A stretch of 64,000 nt of DNA from a virus, in the IMG/VR virus record IMGVR_UViG_3300045988_175656. One strand, given 5' to 3'. Shown here piece after piece: positions 46,444-55,947 of the stretch (position 1 is the first letter of the stretch; the number at the start of each line of letters is the position of its first letter). The notes under the pieces are model-generated. The model had not been told where the DNA came from, did no database searches, and worked only from the letters and a program-made list of their open reading frames with translations. Made by a program: the position numbers and the translations under genes.

Positions 46444-47215
46444 AATCTATAATAATCTTTTTTGGTATTTTTTTATCCCAAACTTCCATTAAATATGAAA
46501 TTTCACTTGATTTAACATTGTCACTACTAGTAATATTGAATTCAGCTTCTCCAAACTCAATTTTATTGCAAATAGCTAAACAAGTTACAAGAGCATCTGA
46601 TGCATCAAAGTTTTCTTTTTTCAACTCACCTTTTTTATCATACACCCAATGGATATAGGGATATAGTTCTGATATTTTGTTCCATAAAATAAGTTTTTTA
46701 TCACAATCAAATGGATATTCACCAAATAAAACAAGTTTATTTTTTTTAATTGCTGTTAATATTTTATCTTTTGAATATTCTTCTCCTTTTTTATTGAACT
46801 TCCTAATTGCCATCAATTCAGGAAATGCATATTTCCTTGCATCATAAGATGATATATATTCAGGTACTATACCCAAAATACGATAAACACTATCAGAAAT
46901 CATACCATTGAATTTACTTAGTATATCAACAGTATTTACATTGTTAGACCTTAGTAATGGTTCTTCAATAACAACTTTGGTGATACCTTTATCTGCATAT
47001 TCTAATAAGAATTTTTCTTCAAATACACGTTTTTTAAGAAAAAGTTGCTCAATACCTTTAATTTTACTATCTATTTTAGGGGCAACATGAGTAATCTCAA
47101 TAATTTTTTTATTATTAAGGTCATAAATAGCTACCCCAATACATTTTGTGCTAATATCAAGACCCATAACAATTTCGTTCTTGTTTGACATATCTTTTTT
47201 ATTATAAAATATCAT
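46442..47215 (-). CDS. RuvC-like Holliday junction resolvase
   Basis: MGLDISTKCIGVAI (first Asp), VVIEEP (Glu) and FDASDALVTCLAI (DxxD) are in the RuvC order. Confidence 0.65.
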   Translation of the reverse strand: MIFYNKKDMSNKNEIVMGLDISTKCIGVAIYDLNNKKIIEITHVAPKIDSKIKGIEQLFLKKRVFEEKFLLEYADKGITKVVIEEPLLRSNNVNTVDILSKFNGMISDSVYRILGIVPEYISSYDARKYAFPELMAIRKFNKKGEEYSKDKILTAIKKNKLVLFGEYPFDCDKKLILWNKISELYPYIHWVYDKKGELKKENFDASDALVTCLAICNKIEFGEAEFNITSSDNVKSSEISYLMEVWDKKIPKKIIID

Positions 47216-47396
47216 ATAATAAAAGAAAAATAAACAATTAATGTTTTTTAATATTTAAAATTCGCTTTTTTTAAAGAAATTTAGTATTAATAATTTGGAC
47301 CTTATAAATTTAATATATAAAGGACCATTATATTATATAATATTGTTTAAATTATTAATTAATAGTAAATTAATACTTATAAAATTGGTAAATGCA

Positions 47397-47418
47397 AGAA
47401 AAAAGTAGTATATTTGCA
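47397..47418 (+). promoter_or_regulatory. Early promoter box
   Basis: AGAAAAAAGTAGTATATTTGCA with TTGG 20 nt upstream. It heads the operon that contains the sigma factor gene. Confidence 0.65.
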
Positions 47419-47432
47419 AAAAATATTTTTTC

Positions 47433-47774
47433 ATGTCTGTTGATGAACTTAGAAATTTGATAGAAAATAAAATTTTATATGATATTATCCAATATTGTGA
47501 ACTTAATGATAAATCACCAATAGATGTTGTTAATAAGATATTAAAGGATAATTTGATTATAATGAAATATGGTGATAAACCGCCAATGTTTAATAATAAA
47601 CCTAAATTTGTGCAGTTAGAAGAAGTAAAATCGGTTTTACATGAAGAAGAACTTTCTTCTTCTGAAGAAAAGCCAATTTTAGTCGATGCACCTCTTCAAA
47701 TACCTGATGTTTTGCCTGTGTTTGAAGAGGAAGTTCAACCAAAGAAAAAAAGAAGAAAGTTAAATGTAAAATAA
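47433..47774 (+). CDS. Hypothetical protein (113 aa), basic C-terminus
   Basis: The first ORF after the promoter. It ends KKKRRKLNVK. Confidence 0.5.
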   Translation: MSVDELRNLIENKILYDIIQYCELNDKSPIDVVNKILKDNLIIMKYGDKPPMFNNKPKFVQLEEVKSVLHEEELSSSEEKPILVDAPLQIPDVLPVFEEEVQPKKKRRKLNVK

Positions 47775-47780
47775 TATAAT

Positions 47781-50159
47781 ATGATTGAAGTTAAAAATAC
47801 ATCTAAATTAGTTTTTGAATTAAATGCATTACAAATTGATTATAATAAAGAAAAAGAAGATGCTTTAATTGAATTTATTTCAAAAAAATATAATGTCCCT
47901 AAAAATAGGATTGAATTTAATTTTGTTCCATTAACTGTTAATGATAAAGGTGAAAAAATATCATTAAATAATGATATTATTGAAAATATTCAAGACCCTA
48001 AATTTCAATCATCTTTATTTAAAGAATATTTGGAGCTTAAAGAAATTGAAGATATTGATATGGAAGCAATTAATGCTATTGATGGAGAAGTTAATTCATA
48101 TATTGATTTTGATGCATATAAAAACTATAAAAGATATATCTTTAAATATGTAAAATGGAGTAATTATTTGTCATATGGTCCTGATAACTATTTTGATTTT
48201 ACAAAATTAAAAGGGCTGGTACTTTTAAATGGTTCACCTGAAAATCAATGTGGAAAAACAACTTTTGCCATTGATTTATTACGTTTTGCGTTATTTGGAA
48301 AAGCTGATAAATCACCAACATTGGATAGTGTTTTTAATATTTACTTACCTGAAGTAACAGATGTTGTAGTTGAAGCGTGTATTGAAATTGAAGGTATAGA
48401 TTATATTATTAAACGAACAGTTACTCGTCCACCATTAAAAAAAAGAACACCAAAGAGTAAAGCTAAACAAACTATTGAATATTTTAGATTGTTGGATGGT
48501 GAAACTGAATTGTTAGAAAATTGCCAAGATGAAAGTGTTGGAAAAACTAACCAGTTGATAAAAGAGAGCGTTGGTACATTAGAAGATTTTAATTTAGTAA
48601 TGTCCGCAACTGCTTATTCTTTAGGGGAATTGTTGAGAATGGGTCAAAGCGATAAAGGAAGGTTGTTTTCTCGTTGGTTAGGGCTTCTTTCTTTAGAGAA
48701 GAAAGAAGAGGTAACTAAAAAATTATTTAAAGAAAAAATTCTTCCAACTTTTGAATCATTAAAGTATAATAGAGAAACTCTTCAACAAGAGATTGATGAT
48801 TATTTGATTTGTATTGATAATCATAAAAATTCTATTATCAAAAAGCATGAAGAACAAGAAAAAAGTATTGAATCTATTAATAGGCTAGATAAAGAAAAAT
48901 CTACTATTCTTTCTTCTAAAAAAACTGTTAAAGATGGTTTGGAAAGATTGGATGTTACAACTATTGAAACTCAAATTACCAGACTAACCAACGATTTAAC
49001 ATTGAAAAGAACTAATATGGCAAAAATGAAAGAGGAATATATAACTAATCTTAAAAATGCCGTTTTTGATAAAAGTTCTTTGGATAAAGCACGTAAAAAT
49101 AAAGAAGAATGGAAAACAAAAACAGATGAAATTCGTTCAACTGTTGTTTTATTGAAAAAACAAAATACAGAAATACAAAATCTGATAAATCAAGGAATGT
49201 GCCCTACTTGTGGACAGCAAATTGATGTTAATAATAAAAATAAACATATTGCTGAAAATAATGCAGAAATTGAAAAACTTATTGCTGATGGCATTGCTGC
49301 AAAACAAAAGGTTGATGAATATGAGAATGAAATTAATCAATTAGAACTTAATAAAGAAAAAGCAGAAAAAAAGGCAAAATTAGAATTGACAATGATAGCA
49401 TTAAAAAGTAATATTGACACAATTAAGTTACAAATTGCTGAATTAGAAAGACAAAAAACTGAATTTGAAACAAATAAAGAAAATTTAAAATGGAACAATG
49501 AAATTAATTTAAAAGTTAATAACATTAATGTTTCTATTTCAAATGAGACAAGAATTAAAGAAAATATCATAAAAGATATACAGAATCTTAATAATGATAT
49601 TAAAAATTATACAAAATCTATTGAAGATAGACGTAAATTAATTGATAAAATTATTAAAGAGGAAGAAATAAAAAGAAATTGGAATATTTATCAACAATTA
49701 GTAGGTAAAAATGGGATTGTTAAAATAGTACTTAAAAAAGCGTTACCAGCAATAAATAATGAACTTTCACGTTTATTAAATGGATTATGTGATTTTAAAG
49801 TGATTTTATCAATATCAGATGATAATAAAGTTTGTCTTGATTTATATAAGGATGGTCAGAAACTTGATTTAGGCGTTGCAAGTAGTGGTTTTGAAGGTAC
49901 TATGGCAAGTTTAGCGTTAAGAGCAGCTTTAGGTAACATGGCAACAATGCCAAAGCCAAATTTCATTGTCTTAGACGAAATTATTGGAACAATTGGTAGT
50001 GATAATCTTCCTAATGTTAAAAAATTGTTTGATAGAATTTTAAGTAATTATAATTTTATTATACATATTACACATATGGAAAATATTTACGATTGGCATG
50101 ATATGACGATAACCGTAGTGAAAAACGGAAATGTATCAACCATTTCATCCACTATATAA
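47781..50159 (+). CDS. SbcC/Rad50-like ATPase (T4 gp46-like)
   Basis: Walker A is GSPENQCGKTT. A long coiled coil is interrupted by a CPTCGQ zinc hook. The signature-like motif is SSGFEGTMASLALR and Walker B is FIVLDE. Confidence 0.8.
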   Translation: MIEVKNTSKLVFELNALQIDYNKEKEDALIEFISKKYNVPKNRIEFNFVPLTVNDKGEKISLNNDIIENIQDPKFQSSLFKEYLELKEIEDIDMEAINAIDGEVNSYIDFDAYKNYKRYIFKYVKWSNYLSYGPDNYFDFTKLKGLVLLNGSPENQCGKTTFAIDLLRFALFGKADKSPTLDSVFNIYLPEVTDVVVEACIEIEGIDYIIKRTVTRPPLKKRTPKSKAKQTIEYFRLLDGETELLENCQDESVGKTNQLIKESVGTLEDFNLVMSATAYSLGELLRMGQSDKGRLFSRWLGLLSLEKKEEVTKKLFKEKILPTFESLKYNRETLQQEIDDYLICIDNHKNSIIKKHEEQEKSIESINRLDKEKSTILSSKKTVKDGLERLDVTTIETQITRLTNDLTLKRTNMAKMKEEYITNLKNAVFDKSSLDKARKNKEEWKTKTDEIRSTVVLLKKQNTEIQNLINQGMCPTCGQQIDVNNKNKHIAENNAEIEKLIADGIAAKQKVDEYENEINQLELNKEKAEKKAKLELTMIALKSNIDTIKLQIAELERQKTEFETNKENLKWNNEINLKVNNINVSISNETRIKENIIKDIQNLNNDIKNYTKSIEDRRKLIDKIIKEEEIKRNWNIYQQLVGKNGIVKIVLKKALPAINNELSRLLNGLCDFKVILSISDDNKVCLDLYKDGQKLDLGVASSGFEGTMASLALRAALGNMATMPKPNFIVLDEIIGTIGSDNLPNVKKLFDRILSNYNFIIHITHMENIYDWHDMTITVVKNGNVSTISSTI

Positions 50160-50186
50160 TAAAAAGAAAAATGAATATAATTTTTA

Positions 50187-50906
50187 ATGAAAACTTCACA
50201 ACAAGCGGATTATTGTAAAGAAATTCAAACCTATTTTGATGATATTAACAAATATAAACCTTTGTTAAAAAAAGAAGAGAGACGAATTGGCAAAAAAATA
50301 AAAGCAGGTGATAGAGCAGCAATTGAAAAATTGGTAACTTCGAATTTAAAGTTTGTTGTTTCTATTGCCAAAAAATATAAAAACTATGGTGTTCCTTTTT
50401 CAGATTTGATTGCTGAAGGTAACATAGGGTTAGTAAGAGCAGCTTATAAATTTGATTATAAAAGAGATATTAAATTTATAAGTTATGCTGTATGGTGGAT
50501 TAGACAAGCAATTCAAGAATATATAAAAAAAGTCACTCTTAGTAATACAAAAGAATTATCTGATATTAGAGTAAATTCTAATTGCGCATCAGTTGATGAA
50601 AATGGCGATGATTTATCAGATAGTAAAATAATACCTAATACATTATTAGATGATGAATTTAATGATTTGGAAGAATATAAAAAAAATTCTGTGAATAAAT
50701 TATTAGAATGTTTATCACATAGAGAATCTGACATTATTTCATGTTATTTTGGTTTGAATAACACTGATGATTTAACTTTAGAAGAAATTGGTGTTAAATA
50801 TAATTTAACAAAAGAACGAGTTAGACAAATTAAAGAAAAGGCTTTACGAAAATTACGTGTGAATGCTTTGTTATCTAACGATTTTTTAAAATTAAAAGCA
50901 ATGTAA
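50187..50906 (+). CDS. Sigma-70 family RNA polymerase sigma factor
   Basis: Region 2 is NLKFVVSIAKKY...DLIAEGNIGLVRAAYKFD...FISYAVWWIRQAIQEYI. Region 4.2 is LTLEEIGVKYNLTKERVRQIKEKALRKLR. There is no region 1.1. Confidence 0.9.
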   Translation: MKTSQQADYCKEIQTYFDDINKYKPLLKKEERRIGKKIKAGDRAAIEKLVTSNLKFVVSIAKKYKNYGVPFSDLIAEGNIGLVRAAYKFDYKRDIKFISYAVWWIRQAIQEYIKKVTLSNTKELSDIRVNSNCASVDENGDDLSDSKIIPNTLLDDEFNDLEEYKKNSVNKLLECLSHRESDIISCYFGLNNTDDLTLEEIGVKYNLTKERVRQIKEKALRKLRVNALLSNDFLKLKAM

Positions 50907-50930
50907 TAATTATATTAAAAGAAATTTAAT

Positions 50931-51422
50931 ATGGCTAAAAAAAAGAAAGAAGTAGTTGAACAAGTGACAACTAATGAAATTCAAGAAGATATTATTGATA
51001 TGATGAAAGAAGTATCAATGCAACCTGAAGTAGATGTTCCTACTGAAGAAATTGCTGAAGATGTAGATGAATCAATATGTGATGGTGATGTTGTTCCTGT
51101 AATTGAGGAAGATGTTGTTAAAACAGATATAGTAATTGAAGATACTATTACTCCATTAGTATCAATTGATTTGACTAATGAACAATTAGATAAAATTGAT
51201 GATTTTAAACAAGAAGATGGGTCTTATGATATGAGAGAAGCAACTATTGATGAAATTGTAAACTTATCTCATGAAATATTACAAAGTAATAATTCTATTG
51301 AAATTGACAAATTAATAGAAGAAGTTCATAAAAATAATGATTGCAATTGTAATTCAAAACCAAGGATGTCATGGCAACAGATGATGGGTTATGATTGGAA
51401 TGGGCAAAATTTTGAAATATAA
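50931..51422 (+). CDS. Strongly acidic protein (163 aa)
   Basis: It is D/E-rich throughout (EDIIDMMKE..EVDVPTEEIAEDVDES..VIEEDVV). It lies immediately after the sigma gene. Confidence 0.55.
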   Translation: MAKKKKEVVEQVTTNEIQEDIIDMMKEVSMQPEVDVPTEEIAEDVDESICDGDVVPVIEEDVVKTDIVIEDTITPLVSIDLTNEQLDKIDDFKQEDGSYDMREATIDEIVNLSHEILQSNNSIEIDKLIEEVHKNNDCNCNSKPRMSWQQMMGYDWNGQNFEI

Positions 51423-51895
51423 TGAATGATTTTGATATAACTAAAAAAATGCTAAAAACCATTAATGAAACTAAATCAAATAATGGAAATTTTAGATTAT
51501 TAACAGAAGATTATGAAACTTCTAATACTGAAAAATTTTCTAAGAATGGTAAAAGTGAAAATTCAGAAGGTATTCCAGTAACTGATGACCCTAAATTTGG
51601 AAATCAAACATTAACAACTCAAAAAGAAGCAGCAAAAGAAATAGGTGCTGATTTTAAAAATTTTGATACTCCATTAATTTTTTATCCTGAAGATGGCGAT
51701 TTGGTTTTATCAGGAGAAATACCTGATATGAATAACTTAAAATTTCAGTTTAGATATAAAGATTCATCAGGACAAGGATGCTATATATGGACAGAAGGAT
51801 TGCAATTAACAGATGATAATGTTAAGAAAATAAATAAAATACAAGGTTTCTATAAGAATTGGAAAGATGATATAACTGAAAATCCATTATTCTAA
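51422..51895 (+). CDS. Hypothetical protein (157 aa)
   Basis: TAATG-coupled to the upstream ORF. Confidence 0.5.
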   Translation: MNDFDITKKMLKTINETKSNNGNFRLLTEDYETSNTEKFSKNGKSENSEGIPVTDDPKFGNQTLTTQKEAAKEIGADFKNFDTPLIFYPEDGDLVLSGEIPDMNNLKFQFRYKDSSGQGCYIWTEGLQLTDDNVKKINKIQGFYKNWKDDITENPLF

Positions 51896-51910
51896 TATAA
51901 TGGGCTATTA

Positions 51911-51944
51911 ATCCAACTAAATAACTGTTTAGTTGGATTTTTTG
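51911..51944 (+). terminator. Rho-independent terminator
   Basis: ATCCAACTAAA-taactg-TTTAGTTGGAT followed by T6. Confidence 0.75.
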
Positions 51945-51981
51945 TTTTATTTTTAAATATTTATAGAGAAAGAAAATAAAC

Positions 51982-52194
51982 ATGATTGATGAAGAAAAAA
52001 TCAGAATTTTAGTGAAAGAAGAACTTACTAAAGCTGAAGTTAATTCTTTAATTAACAATAAAGTAGATTCTATACTTCAGAGTAATGAATTTAAACGTAA
52101 GGTGAAAGCTATTACTGCTGATGTTTTGGAAGATTTGTATAGAACAATGTATCAGAAAAAAGCTTTTTGGCAATCATCAGTTAAACAAGGTTAA
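51982..52194 (+). CDS. Hypothetical protein (70 aa)
   Basis: An ORF after the terminator, in the same orientation as the following genes. Confidence 0.4.
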   Translation: MIDEEKIRILVKEELTKAEVNSLINNKVDSILQSNEFKRKVKAITADVLEDLYRTMYQKKAFWQSSVKQG

Positions 52195-52197
52195 TAT

Positions 52198-53409
52198 ATG
52201 AATGAAGATATAAAAAATAGAGTAAAAGAATATATTTCTAAGTATAGAAATTATGCATTGGCTTTGAATGGTTGGGTGAAACTCAAAAATAAAAGTTTCA
52301 CTACTATGGATGCATTAGAAGCTATTTTTATAGCAGCTAATGGAAAGCCTATGGAAATGAATAACATCATCACAGCATTAACTAAAAAAGATAGTGTATA
52401 TGGAAGAAGAGGTCATGTTTATAGTGATGTCCCAACTACTTCTATTGATATAGATTATGATAATGGTAAACTATCTGTTATTGGTTATAAAGGGGCTATA
52501 AATGAGCCGCAGACTAATAATATTAGTCCAAGAAATCCAAATATTTTTAGAAAAAGTGATGGTCAAACTAAAGTTCCATACCAAAAGACTGAAGAATTAA
52601 TTAAAAAGATAACTAAATTTGTTAGAACGTATTTAAATAGTTCAAGTGATGAAGATGTTATCAAAAATGTTAAAGCTATTATGAATTATGCTCAACAGCA
52701 AAAAATCAGTTATGATAGTGCTATGGAGAAGATAAAAAAACAGATTATTTCTAAACAAAGAACATACGAATCTAAAAAAATAATTGTCGGTGAAAATGCA
52801 ATTAAAGTATTTGAAGCGATAGAAAATGAAATGACTTATTATTCTTTTTTATCTAATGTAAAATCATTTCTTAAAGATTTATTAAATAATCCTTCAACAG
52901 CTAAACCTTCTATGGAATTGAAGGCTAAAGGACTTAATCGTAGTAAATTATTATCTTATTTAATAAATAAAGGTATAATTACAAGAGATGAAAAAATTGT
53001 TGATGAAGATGAAAATGGTAATCCACAAACGGCTGTTATGAGTGTAAAATATAAAATACCTAAAAAGGATTTTGAGAGAAAAATGCAAAAGTTATATATT
53101 AATTTATTTGAGAAAAATTTACCTGAACCAGAATGCTCAAATTTTAAAGATGATATGACTATCATGAAAATGGAAGATGGTGGAGATGGTGCAACAAATG
53201 CAGCTTCATCTGGTCAGTTTTCACAACCTGTATTTGATATTCAAAGACGTGAAATATACAATACCAAACCTAATGATGACATTGAGGAAGCTACTACAAC
53301 AATGAATACAGGTGATTACCAATATACTGTACCATTTCCAGGGGATAAATCCACATTAAAGCGTAAAAATGGTAAAGATGGGTCAATTTCAATAAACAGA
53401 ATTAAATAG
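52198..53409 (+). CDS. Hypothetical protein (403 aa)
   Basis: A long ORF. I recognised no motif. Confidence 0.55.
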   Translation: MNEDIKNRVKEYISKYRNYALALNGWVKLKNKSFTTMDALEAIFIAANGKPMEMNNIITALTKKDSVYGRRGHVYSDVPTTSIDIDYDNGKLSVIGYKGAINEPQTNNISPRNPNIFRKSDGQTKVPYQKTEELIKKITKFVRTYLNSSSDEDVIKNVKAIMNYAQQQKISYDSAMEKIKKQIISKQRTYESKKIIVGENAIKVFEAIENEMTYYSFLSNVKSFLKDLLNNPSTAKPSMELKAKGLNRSKLLSYLINKGIITRDEKIVDEDENGNPQTAVMSVKYKIPKKDFERKMQKLYINLFEKNLPEPECSNFKDDMTIMKMEDGGDGATNAASSGQFSQPVFDIQRREIYNTKPNDDIEEATTTMNTGDYQYTVPFPGDKSTLKRKNGKDGSISINRIK

Positions 53410-53416
53410 TTATTTT

Positions 53417-53599
53417 ATGAATAATATAAATATTTATGATATAGAAAGTGAAGCCAATGTTATTGATAAAATTAATGATATTAATTCACAAATAGAAGAA
53501 GAATTGGATAAAAATATTGAAGAGGTTGATAAGAAGAAAATATTCCAATTACGATACCAACAATTTATACAAGGTTTAAAACTTCAATATATAAAATAA
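53417..53599 (+). CDS. Hypothetical protein (60 aa)
   Basis: A short ORF that fills the gap between its neighbours. Confidence 0.35.
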   Translation: MNNINIYDIESEANVIDKINDINSQIEEELDKNIEEVDKKKIFQLRYQQFIQGLKLQYIK

Positions 53600-53621
53600 T
53601 TAAAAAAACAAAAATAATATA

Positions 53622-54509
53622 ATGGAAATTACTTATACTTTTGGCGATTTAAAAAGAGTTATCAAGGAAAGCACAAATGAGTTCAAACCAAAGATGGGGG
53701 TTAATGTGATAAGAGATAACGCTAAAAACAATGTAAAGGCTGTAAAGGATATTGAAAAGGAAGTTAAGGAATATGATGGTGGTCTAACAAATGAAATAGA
53801 TGATAAAAAAGTCAATACTCCTGAAGATGTGGATTATAACAGAACTACATTAGATGCTGAATTTGCTGATGAACCAGGCGAAGCATATATTGCTCGTGTA
53901 AAAGCACAAGCTAATGGTTTTCCTTCAGTTGAAAATGAAAAGAATTCAAAGATAAAAGATGAAAATCAAGGTCTTGATTTTTCTGGCAATGAAAGATTAT
54001 ATGATGATTTAAAGAAGCGTAATGCCGAATTTACTAAACGTGAAGTTGAAAGAGCACATGCAGGTTTGAAATCACATAACATGCCCAAAAAAGACTTTGA
54101 AAACCCTAATATGTTTAAAGAAAACAAAGATAGTGATATGACTGATAATAAAAAAATGAAGAAATTATACTTCAAACACACAAAATTCCTTAGTGAAAGT
54201 CAAATGATTAAAAAAATTCCTGACGAGTATAAGGTAGATGGAAATAAATTCATTATGAAAGACGCATCTAATAATGAATATTTGGTAGAATGGACTGTTG
54301 ATAGTAAATTTAACTATGGTGAAGCTAAAGTTCTACATCACATCAATAAAGAACAATTGAATGAAGATATGAAACGTATTAAAGATATGTTTAATTATAA
54401 AAGTTCAGATGTGTTCCAAACAACAAATGCACAATCAAGATTGAATGAAGAAAAAAAATTAGGTTCATTCATTGATGAAGTGAGAAAAATTGACACTAAA
54501 AAGAAATAA
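53622..54509 (+). CDS. Hypothetical protein (295 aa), K/E/D-rich
   Basis: A long ORF. I recognised no motif. Confidence 0.55.
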   Translation: MEITYTFGDLKRVIKESTNEFKPKMGVNVIRDNAKNNVKAVKDIEKEVKEYDGGLTNEIDDKKVNTPEDVDYNRTTLDAEFADEPGEAYIARVKAQANGFPSVENEKNSKIKDENQGLDFSGNERLYDDLKKRNAEFTKREVERAHAGLKSHNMPKKDFENPNMFKENKDSDMTDNKKMKKLYFKHTKFLSESQMIKKIPDEYKVDGNKFIMKDASNNEYLVEWTVDSKFNYGEAKVLHHINKEQLNEDMKRIKDMFNYKSSDVFQTTNAQSRLNEEKKLGSFIDEVRKIDTKKK

Positions 54510-54530
54510 CAAATAAAATATTATAATGCC

Positions 54531-55223
54531 ATGCCTTTAGACGGAGAACAATTTTCTTTTTTGGAAAAAGTTATAAATCTTGTAGAAAAACATGGGTTAG
54601 TAAGAATTTTTAAAGCAATTTTTGTAATAACAGCTTTCTTTTTTGTTATGTACAATGGTCAAAATGTGAGTAAAATTGTTGAGAATGTTATTCAGAAACA
54701 AGAAACAGAACATAGTGCTGCATTGGAATACAGAAAAAAGATAAATCCTAAAATTGAACTACAACTTAGTGAATTGCTTATAAATACTGGAGCTAATCGA
54801 GCGTTTGTTATGGAGATGCACAATGGTACAAGTAATGTGTCAGGTTTACCTTTCTATTATGGAGAGATGACATATGAAAAAGTAACTCCAAATGTGGTTC
54901 ATATTGATGAAGATTATAAAAACCTTAATTTATCTAGATTTTCATTCGCATATTACTTAGATGAACATAACTCATGGCATGGTAATTTGGAAGATTTGGC
55001 TAAAATAGATAATAAGTTATCTATGAGGATGAAAAGTAATGATGTTTCATATATTATTATAGAATGTATTCATGGTTTAGATAAACCAGTAGGGTTTTTA
55101 GGTGTTACTTATTGTGATAATAGAGTACCTGCTAATCTGGATAATGCAATTCGAAGAGTTAATGTAGAATCAAAAAAAATGTCTGCTTTACTAGATATGA
55201 AAAGAGCCAATCTTAACAATTAA
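54531..55223 (+). CDS. Membrane-anchored hypothetical protein (230 aa)
   Basis: It has an N-terminal hydrophobic helix, VRIFKAIFVITAFFFVMY. Confidence 0.5.
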   Translation: MPLDGEQFSFLEKVINLVEKHGLVRIFKAIFVITAFFFVMYNGQNVSKIVENVIQKQETEHSAALEYRKKINPKIELQLSELLINTGANRAFVMEMHNGTSNVSGLPFYYGEMTYEKVTPNVVHIDEDYKNLNLSRFSFAYYLDEHNSWHGNLEDLAKIDNKLSMRMKSNDVSYIIIECIHGLDKPVGFLGVTYCDNRVPANLDNAIRRVNVESKKMSALLDMKRANLNN

Positions 55224-55234
55224 AACTAATCAAT

Positions 55235-55864
55235 ATGGGTAAATATACAAAACAACAAATATGGGATATTATTCAATGGGTATTGATAGTTCTTTTACTT
55301 ATTGCCTGTGTTTATATTGGCAAAGAGAATTATGATTTGAGTAATAGTTTGGAGTTTAAGATGGGAAATACATATACACGAATATATGATAGTCAAAAAA
55401 TTGAGTCACTTAAAGCTGAGAATAAAGCACTTTATGATTCAATTAAACATCTTAAAAATGTGGAAAGTGTTGTTGAAGTACGTTATAAGTATTATTATAA
55501 TACTGATACTGTTTTTGTAAATAATAGTGATACAACAAAAAAAGATAGTATTTATCATTATACATCAAATAGCGATACAATTTCTTACAACTTAGATATT
55601 TCAGCCAATCAAGTACATTGGCATAAATTGGACTTTACATTGAATAATGAATTTTTGATTGTTACAAAAGAAAAAGATGGAAAAGTTCAAACTGACATTA
55701 ACACTGACATGGGTATCATTGAAGGTACTACTATGTGGCATAGAAAAAACAAATCGTTTAAAGACAGATTTGTGATTGGTCCGCAAGTTGGTGGTGGATA
55801 TGACTTCTTAAACAAAAAACCTACTCTATATGTTGGATTTGGGGTTACTTATGATTTATGGTGA
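55235..55864 (+). CDS. Membrane-anchored protein with a beta-strand-like C-terminus ending in Trp
   Basis: The N-terminal helix is IIQWVLIVLLLIACVYI. The C-terminus is VIGPQVGGGYDFLNKKPTLYVGFGVTYDLW. Confidence 0.5.
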   Translation: MGKYTKQQIWDIIQWVLIVLLLIACVYIGKENYDLSNSLEFKMGNTYTRIYDSQKIESLKAENKALYDSIKHLKNVESVVEVRYKYYYNTDTVFVNNSDTTKKDSIYHYTSNSDTISYNLDISANQVHWHKLDFTLNNEFLIVTKEKDGKVQTDINTDMGIIEGTTMWHRKNKSFKDRFVIGPQVGGGYDFLNKKPTLYVGFGVTYDLW

Positions 55865-55900
55865 CAAAAAAGAAATTATGAATATAAAATGCTGCAAAAT

Positions 55901-55929
55901 ATTGACTTTTGTGGCATTTTTTTTATTTT
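55901..55929 (+). promoter_or_regulatory. Candidate late promoter, TTGACT-N16-TATTTT
   Basis: ATTGACTTT at 55901-55909, a 13-nt spacer, then TTATTTT. It lies about 20 nt upstream of the ATG at 55948. Confidence 0.4.
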
Positions 55930-55947
55930 CTTTAAAAGAAAGATTTT

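Noticed and set aside
47300-47335. An apparent hairpin, GGACCTTATA...TATAAAGGACC, in the divergent intergenic region.
   Set aside because: On checking, the GGACC elements are direct repeats, not inverted ones. Only a short imperfect AT stem remains, so there is no convincing structure.
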